A stretch of DNA of 64,000 bases from Myxococcota bacterium (GTDB taxonomy: Bacteria; Myxococcota_A; SURF-8; G963677705): the NCBI GenBank assembly GCA_963677705.1, contig OY782497.1, positions 1,900,774-1,964,773 on the forward strand, given 5' to 3'. The position numbers and the translations under genes are program-made. This document shows positions 59,878 through 64,000 of the stretch, piece after piece; position 1 is the stretch's first letter, and every line of letters begins with the position of its first letter. The notes beneath the pieces are model-generated. The model did not search any database, was not told where the DNA came from, and saw only the letters and a program-made list of their open reading frames with translations.

Positions 59878-60402
59878 CTACAACACGCCATTTGCAGACG
59901 TGACAACGCCCACAGGATTCACAGTGTATGTCACATAGCTGGAACCGGCACCACAGCCACCCCCATCAAGACTTTCGCAAATGGAAAAACTCAACACGGA
60001 AACCATTCCCGTGGTTGCAATCAACTGTCCACGAGGATTGAAGGCATGGGCATCAATAGCTGCCTGCAACTCTGCAGCTCTGGGAAATGTAACCCGCACC
60101 ACCATCACATCTGTGCCATCCGTAAAGGTCCAGTTGTCATCCACGTCACGAAACACGACAACCTGGGTCGCGCCATCACCGTTTACAGAATCATCCACCA
60201 CGACATTGCGCCCGGAACTAATTGCCTCAGAGCGCCCGGAATTCAAGGCTGTCAACACCTCACGCGCAGCAGCCGAGAACTGACGCGCATCCCTGTCTTT
60301 GCCCATGCTGGTGATCGCCATCGAGGCGAGAATCCCGATAATCACGACCACGGTCAGGAGCTCAATCAACGTAAGACCTTGTCTGTTTGACATTCGTACC
60401 AT
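59878..60402 (-). CDS. fimT: Type IV pilus minor pilin, FimT/FimU/GspH family
   Basis: MVRMSNRQG|LTLIELLTVVVIIGILASMAITSMGKDRDARQFSAAAREVLTALNSGRSEAI is GspH/FimT-like. Start set at the ATG 7 nt after GGAGA; the ORF-track start lies further upstream. First gene of the minor-pilin operon. Confidence 0.65.
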   Translation of the reverse strand: MVRMSNRQGLTLIELLTVVVIIGILASMAITSMGKDRDARQFSAAAREVLTALNSGRSEAISSGRNVVVDDSVNGDGATQVVVFRDVDDNWTFTDGTDVMVVRVTFPRAAELQAAIDAHAFNPRGQLIATTGMVSVLSFSICESLDGGGCGAGSSYVTYTVNPVGVVTSANGVL

Positions 60403-60619
60403 TGGACATTCTCCATGCAATCCAACCCGCACTTTTGACATGCAATTTTCATTCCACGAAGAGGGGCAACTTTGAAAAGCGTTGTGATTTTCAAACGATA
60501 CTACAAAGCACCGAGAACTCAAAGTATATTTCTCTGTGAGGAAAAGCCTTGGCGGATCACCCCTTGCAGTTTCTGAAAAAGCCATCGATTTTCCAGGAAA
60601 AACCTGCAAGGTTTGCAGC

Positions 60620-60653
60620 AAAAAAAGAAAAAGCTATGCATGTTTTGCATAGC
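60620..60653 (-). terminator. Rho-independent terminator immediately downstream of pilA
   Basis: Minus strand: GCTATGCA-aaaca-TGCATAGC, a perfect 8-bp stem, followed by TTTTTCTTTTTTT. Confidence 0.6.
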
Positions 60654-60733
60654 TCCTGAATCACACAGATATCAACAGCAAATCATACTGGACACCAACA
60701 GATCCGTGTCCTCGAAAAACAAACCGCGATCTA

Positions 60734-61159
60734 TCAAGAAGTCAAGTCATTTACAACCGCTGTTAACTCTCCCAGTTGGTTCATCTGCCATGTATCGGCT
60801 GTTGCATCATCATCTATATTGCAAGTTCCACTGCAATCAGCTTGAATCACAAAAGTATTTGCATCAGAGGAAACGATCGACAAGGTGTATTGTTGCTTTG
60901 GAGGGGCTTCCAGCGTTTTCTCACTCTGAATCCCTGGAAGAGAAGCCACACTAGAACCAGAAGCTGGATAAGCTCCTGTTTTAGCACGATAGTTCTCCAT
61001 CGCCATACGCACACTATGCATCGCTGAAAACGCGACTTCCTGGCGCGCCCGCGTAATATAGCCCGAATAACTGGTCAAGGCCACGGATGCCAAAATGCCG
61101 ATAATGGCGACTACAACCAGCATTTCAATCAAAGTAAATCCGTCTGAATTCTTCCTCAT
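60734..61159 (-). CDS. pilA: Type IV major pilin (PilA-like prepilin)
   Basis: MRKNSDG|FTLIEMLVVVAIIGILASVALTSYSGYITRARQ has the canonical G|FTLIE prepilin peptidase site with Glu+5. Mature length ~134 aa. A Cys pair near the C-terminus forms the D-region (CSGTC). AAGGAG lies 8 nt upstream. Lower GC than surroundings. Confidence 0.8.
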   Translation of the reverse strand: MRKNSDGFTLIEMLVVVAIIGILASVALTSYSGYITRARQEVAFSAMHSVRMAMENYRAKTGAYPASGSSVASLPGIQSEKTLEAPPKQQYTLSIVSSDANTFVIQADCSGTCNIDDDATADTWQMNQLGELTAVVNDLTS

Positions 61160-61200
61160 CGCTCTCTCTCCTTCTTCCATCCAAACGGTTGTATCGTTTT

Positions 61201-61216
61201 GCAAAAAACGATCCAG
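61201..61216 (-). promoter_or_regulatory. Candidate sigma-54 (-24/-12) promoter of pilA
   Basis: Minus strand reads cTGGatcgttttTTGCAaa, giving GG-N10-GC spacing and a TTGCA -12 element. It sits 25-40 nt upstream of the pilA RBS, in the 60-nt pilC-pilA gap. Confidence 0.45.
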
Positions 61217-61219
61217 GAT

Positions 61220-62428
61220 TTACATATTCTGACCCATCGTAAAGATAGGCATGTAAAGTGAAATCAACACGTACCCAACGATACCTGCCAAGAAGACCAT
61301 CATAACCGGTTCCATAATGGCAATCAAAGCGTTGATTGCCGCATCCACCTCTTCATCATAAAAGTCTGCAATTTTCGCCAACATCGCATCCAAAGCACCG
61401 GTACTCTCACCCACGGCGATCATCTGCACCACCATCGCCGGAAAAACCCCCACCTGCATCAAAGGTTCCGCGATGTTTTTACCTTCCGTAACCTTCTCTT
61501 TGACGTAACGGATGCCTTCTTCAATGATGATGTTACCGGCTGTTTTTTCTACCGTCTCCATCGCTTGCACGACAGGGATACCTGCACCGATCATCGTTCC
61601 CATCGTTCGAGTAAAACGAGACACCGCCACCTTACGGATGGCATCGCCAACCACGGGAACTTTTAGAGCAAGCATATCAATGTATCGACGGCTTGTTTTC
61701 CAAGCAAACAACGCTTTTGCAGTCATATAGGTTATCGTTATCACAACTCCCATATGCAAGTAGTAGGCAACAAAGAAATCTGACATTTCAACCAGCAGTT
61801 GAGTCGGCCCAGGGAGTGTCCCACCCATACCAGCAAACATCTCGGCGAAGGTGGGAACAACCTTAATCATCAGCACGGCAATAACGATAATGGCCACGAC
61901 GAGAATGCCGATGGGGTAGGTCATGGCCCCTTTGACTTTTTTCTTCAAACGCTCAGAGTTTTCAATATAACCGGCGAGACGGTCAAGAATCGTGTCCAGA
62001 ATACCACCCATTTCACCGGCACTGACCAAGGCGATGTACAAGGCATCAAACACACCGGGATGTTTTTCCAACGCACTGGAAAAGGTACTTCCCGATTCAA
62101 CGTCGTTTTTCACCATGAACAGGGTTTTCTGCAAAACCGGGTCATCGGTCTGGGCGGCAAGAATCTCCAGCCCCTGCACCAAGGGCAGACCGGCGTCGAT
62201 CATCGTTGCAAACTGACGGGTAAAGATAATCAGCGACTTAGGCCCAAGCTTTGGAGCAAAGATCGGAATGAAGCTCAGGTCAAGCTGTCCCGGCGCTTTG
62301 GCTACCGAGGAAGGAACGATTCCCTGCTGCTTGAGACGAAGCTCGACCACCTGCTCATCAATGGCGTTCATCGTCCCTTTTTTCATCTGCCCGCCACGGG
62401 TCTTGCCTTCCCAACGAAATACCGGCAT
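61220..62428 (-). CDS. pilC: Type IV pilus inner-membrane platform protein PilC (GspF family)
   Basis: MPVFRWEGKTRGGQMKKGTMNAIDEQVVELRLKQQGIVP...FTRQFATMIDAGLPLVQGLEIL...ALVSAGEMGGILDTILDRLA. The tandem GspF-domain architecture is present. 402 aa. Confidence 0.9.
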   Translation of the reverse strand: MPVFRWEGKTRGGQMKKGTMNAIDEQVVELRLKQQGIVPSSVAKAPGQLDLSFIPIFAPKLGPKSLIIFTRQFATMIDAGLPLVQGLEILAAQTDDPVLQKTLFMVKNDVESGSTFSSALEKHPGVFDALYIALVSAGEMGGILDTILDRLAGYIENSERLKKKVKGAMTYPIGILVVAIIVIAVLMIKVVPTFAEMFAGMGGTLPGPTQLLVEMSDFFVAYYLHMGVVITITYMTAKALFAWKTSRRYIDMLALKVPVVGDAIRKVAVSRFTRTMGTMIGAGIPVVQAMETVEKTAGNIIIEEGIRYVKEKVTEGKNIAEPLMQVGVFPAMVVQMIAVGESTGALDAMLAKIADFYDEEVDAAINALIAIMEPVMMVFLAGIVGYVLISLYMPIFTMGQNM

Positions 62429-62486
62429 GAAAATCCTCGTCTTGTTTCAAATCTGTTCGATTCGTTACCCGTATCGATATGTCGAT

Positions 62487-63593
62487 CTATCTGCTTTTCA
62501 GTTTGGCAACCATCGTGCGGAATTCTTCCTGGTCTGAGCTATAGGCCAAGGCGTCTTCCAGGGTAATCACCCCTTGACTATACAACGCAAACAGAGATTG
62601 ATTCAAGGTCTGCATTCCGTATTTATCTTGTCCGGTCTGCATGGAACCATACACCTGATGCAATTTCCGTTCCCGAATCATCGCCCGGATTCCGCTATGT
62701 GGAATCAGAACCTCCAAGGCCAAAGCGCGCCCAACCCCGACAGCTCGCGGAATCAGACATTGGGAGAAGACACCGGTCAGAGTGAAGGACAACTGGGCGG
62801 AAACCTGGTTCTGCTGGTGGGGCGGGAACATGTCTACAATACGGTTGATGGTTTGTACAGCGCTGTTGGTATGCAGCGTTGCAAACACCAAGTGGCCCGT
62901 TTCAGCAATGGCCAAGGTGGCCTCAATGGTTTCCATATCCCGGATTTCACCGATCAGCACCACATCCGGATCTTGCCGCAAAATGTATTTCAAGGCTTTG
63001 ACAAAGGATGCGGTATCCGCACCGATCTCACGCTGATTGACCAGGCTGTTCTTATGGGGATGAAGGTATTCGATCGGATCTTCAATGGTCAGAATATGAC
63101 TGTTCTGTTCCGTGTTGATCAGATCGATCATTGATGCGATGGTCGTGGTTTTACCGCTTCCCGTCGGACCGGTAACCAGAACCAGACCACGAGGACGCCG
63201 GGCGACTTCCGCCGCAATGGCGGGTAGCCCCAATTCACGGAAACTCATCACCTTGAACGGGATGGTACGAAATGCTCCGGCGATGGCTCCACGCTGCATG
63301 AAAACGTTCGCACGAAATCGCGACAAGCCCTTCACTCCGAAGGAGAGATCCAGTTCGTTGTCCGCTTCAAAACGGGCCTTCTGACTCTCCGTCAGAATAC
63401 TGTAACACAAGGCTTTGGTATCCGCAGGAGTCAACGGCGGATGTTTCACCGGAACCAGACGACCATCAATACGCAGTTGAGGCGGCGCCCCGGTGGTGAT
63501 ATGCAAATCACTTGCCCCCCGCTCCGCCATCGTTTTCAGCAATTGGTGCAGGGTAATGGTTCGTCTCGGTTGCGGGCTTTGAGCTTGTTCCAT
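62487..63593 (-). CDS. pilT: Type IV pilus retraction ATPase PilT (PilT/PilU family)
   Basis: ...AERGASDLHITTGAPPQLRIDG...Walker A GPTGSGKTTT...Asp box...His box. 368 aa, the typical PilT length. Positioned between pilB and pilC. Confidence 0.85.
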   Translation of the reverse strand: MEQAQSPQPRRTITLHQLLKTMAERGASDLHITTGAPPQLRIDGRLVPVKHPPLTPADTKALCYSILTESQKARFEADNELDLSFGVKGLSRFRANVFMQRGAIAGAFRTIPFKVMSFRELGLPAIAAEVARRPRGLVLVTGPTGSGKTTTIASMIDLINTEQNSHILTIEDPIEYLHPHKNSLVNQREIGADTASFVKALKYILRQDPDVVLIGEIRDMETIEATLAIAETGHLVFATLHTNSAVQTINRIVDMFPPHQQNQVSAQLSFTLTGVFSQCLIPRAVGVGRALALEVLIPHSGIRAMIRERKLHQVYGSMQTGQDKYGMQTLNQSLFALYSQGVITLEDALAYSSDQEEFRTMVAKLKSR

Positions 63594-63673
63594 GAATCTG
63601 AAACCTTATCCGTGAAGAAGAGTAACCCGGCGGTCACGGCAACCACAGGGAGAGACACAATTCCAAGTCAGTA

Positions 63674-64000
63674 CTAATCCAGGCTGGTGTTACGCAACAC
63701 CTCTTCGATGGTTGTAACCCCTTCAATATGCTTGATCAATCCAGACATACGCAAAGTCTGCATACCCAAACGTATGGCCTCACGTTTCAGTTCCACCGCA
63801 CTGGCCCCATTCAACACGAAGTCTTTCAACTCATCGTGGAACAGCATGACTTCGTACAGGGCGACACGACCCTTGTAGCCGGTGTTAGAGCAGACTTTGC
63901 AGCCTTTGCCTTCTTTCGGGGTGAATGTCCCCAGAAGTTCCGGGTTCAATTGCGCATCCAGATAGACCTGTTCGGCAACTTCGGTATCTCCAACACATTC
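63674..64000 (-). CDS. pilB: Type IV pilus extension ATPase PilB, C-terminal part (5' end beyond window)
   Basis: ...GCKVCSNTGYKGRVALYEVMLFHDELKDFVLNGASAVELKREAIRLGMQTLRMSGLIKHIEGVTTIEEVLRNT is the GspE/PilB C-terminal zinc-finger-like region. The ORF is open to the window edge. Confidence 0.8.
   Translation of the reverse strand, partial: ECVGDTEVAEQVYLDAQLNPELLGTFTPKEGKGCKVCSNTGYKGRVALYEVMLFHDELKDFVLNGASAVELKREAIRLGMQTLRMSGLIKHIEGVTTIEEVLRNTSLD

Overview
The window is GC-rich bacterial chromosome, about 58-62% GC with a few lower-GC pockets, and falls into three parts.

(1) Positions 1-8442 (+) carry a distal NADH:quinone oxidoreductase (complex I) gene block: the nuoF 3' end, then nuoG, nuoJ, nuoK, nuoL, nuoM and nuoN. 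nuoH and nuoI are absent between nuoG and nuoJ. nuoG contains a perfect 183-bp in-frame tandem duplication.

(2) Positions 8.5-22.8 kb hold mixed accessory and housekeeping genes:
- an acidic lipoprotein with a CocE/NonD (S15) peptidase domain;
- an atypical tRNA-His(GUG) on the minus strand with its terminator;
- metF;
- a lower-GC pocket with two lipoproteins, one carrying a C-terminal FGE-sulfatase/SUMF1-like domain;
- a Hanks-type Ser/Thr kinase with PEGA domains;
- an SDR oxidoreductase;
- a response regulator with a 10.8x 39-bp coding tandem repeat (DPFAAAPQQAPAA) and poly-acidic tail.
Inverted copies of a REP-like hairpin element (GTCATTCCCGCGRAGGCGGGAATCCAG) sit at 13.1 kb and 22.66 kb.

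(3) Positions 22.8-64 kb are one minus-strand type IV pilus locus. In transcription order it reads pilB (5' end outside the window), pilT, pilC, pilA, then fimT/gspH, pilV, pilW, pilX and pilY1. pilA has a sigma-54-like -24/-12 promoter and its own terminator. Directly downstream, with 5-6 nt gaps, lie:
- a 143-aa secreted protein;
- a 1,388-aa acidic, cysteine-rich lipoprotein with EGF-like modules and poly-Asp tracts;
- one uninterrupted 26.6-kb ORF encoding an ~8,853-aa secreted giant protein (230-nt gap before it). It has a signal peptide, about 45 Ig-like/FN3-like modules (including a 12-copy ~100-aa array), three LamG/ConA-like jelly-rolls, CBM/discoidin-like modules and a C-terminal FGE-sulfatase-like domain lacking the FGE catalytic cysteine pair.
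This pilY1-linked giant protein cassette, with a second non-catalytic FGE-like lipoprotein elsewhere in the window, is the most interesting candidate for an undescribed surface or adhesion system.

No CRISPR arrays, rRNA genes or obvious transposases were seen.
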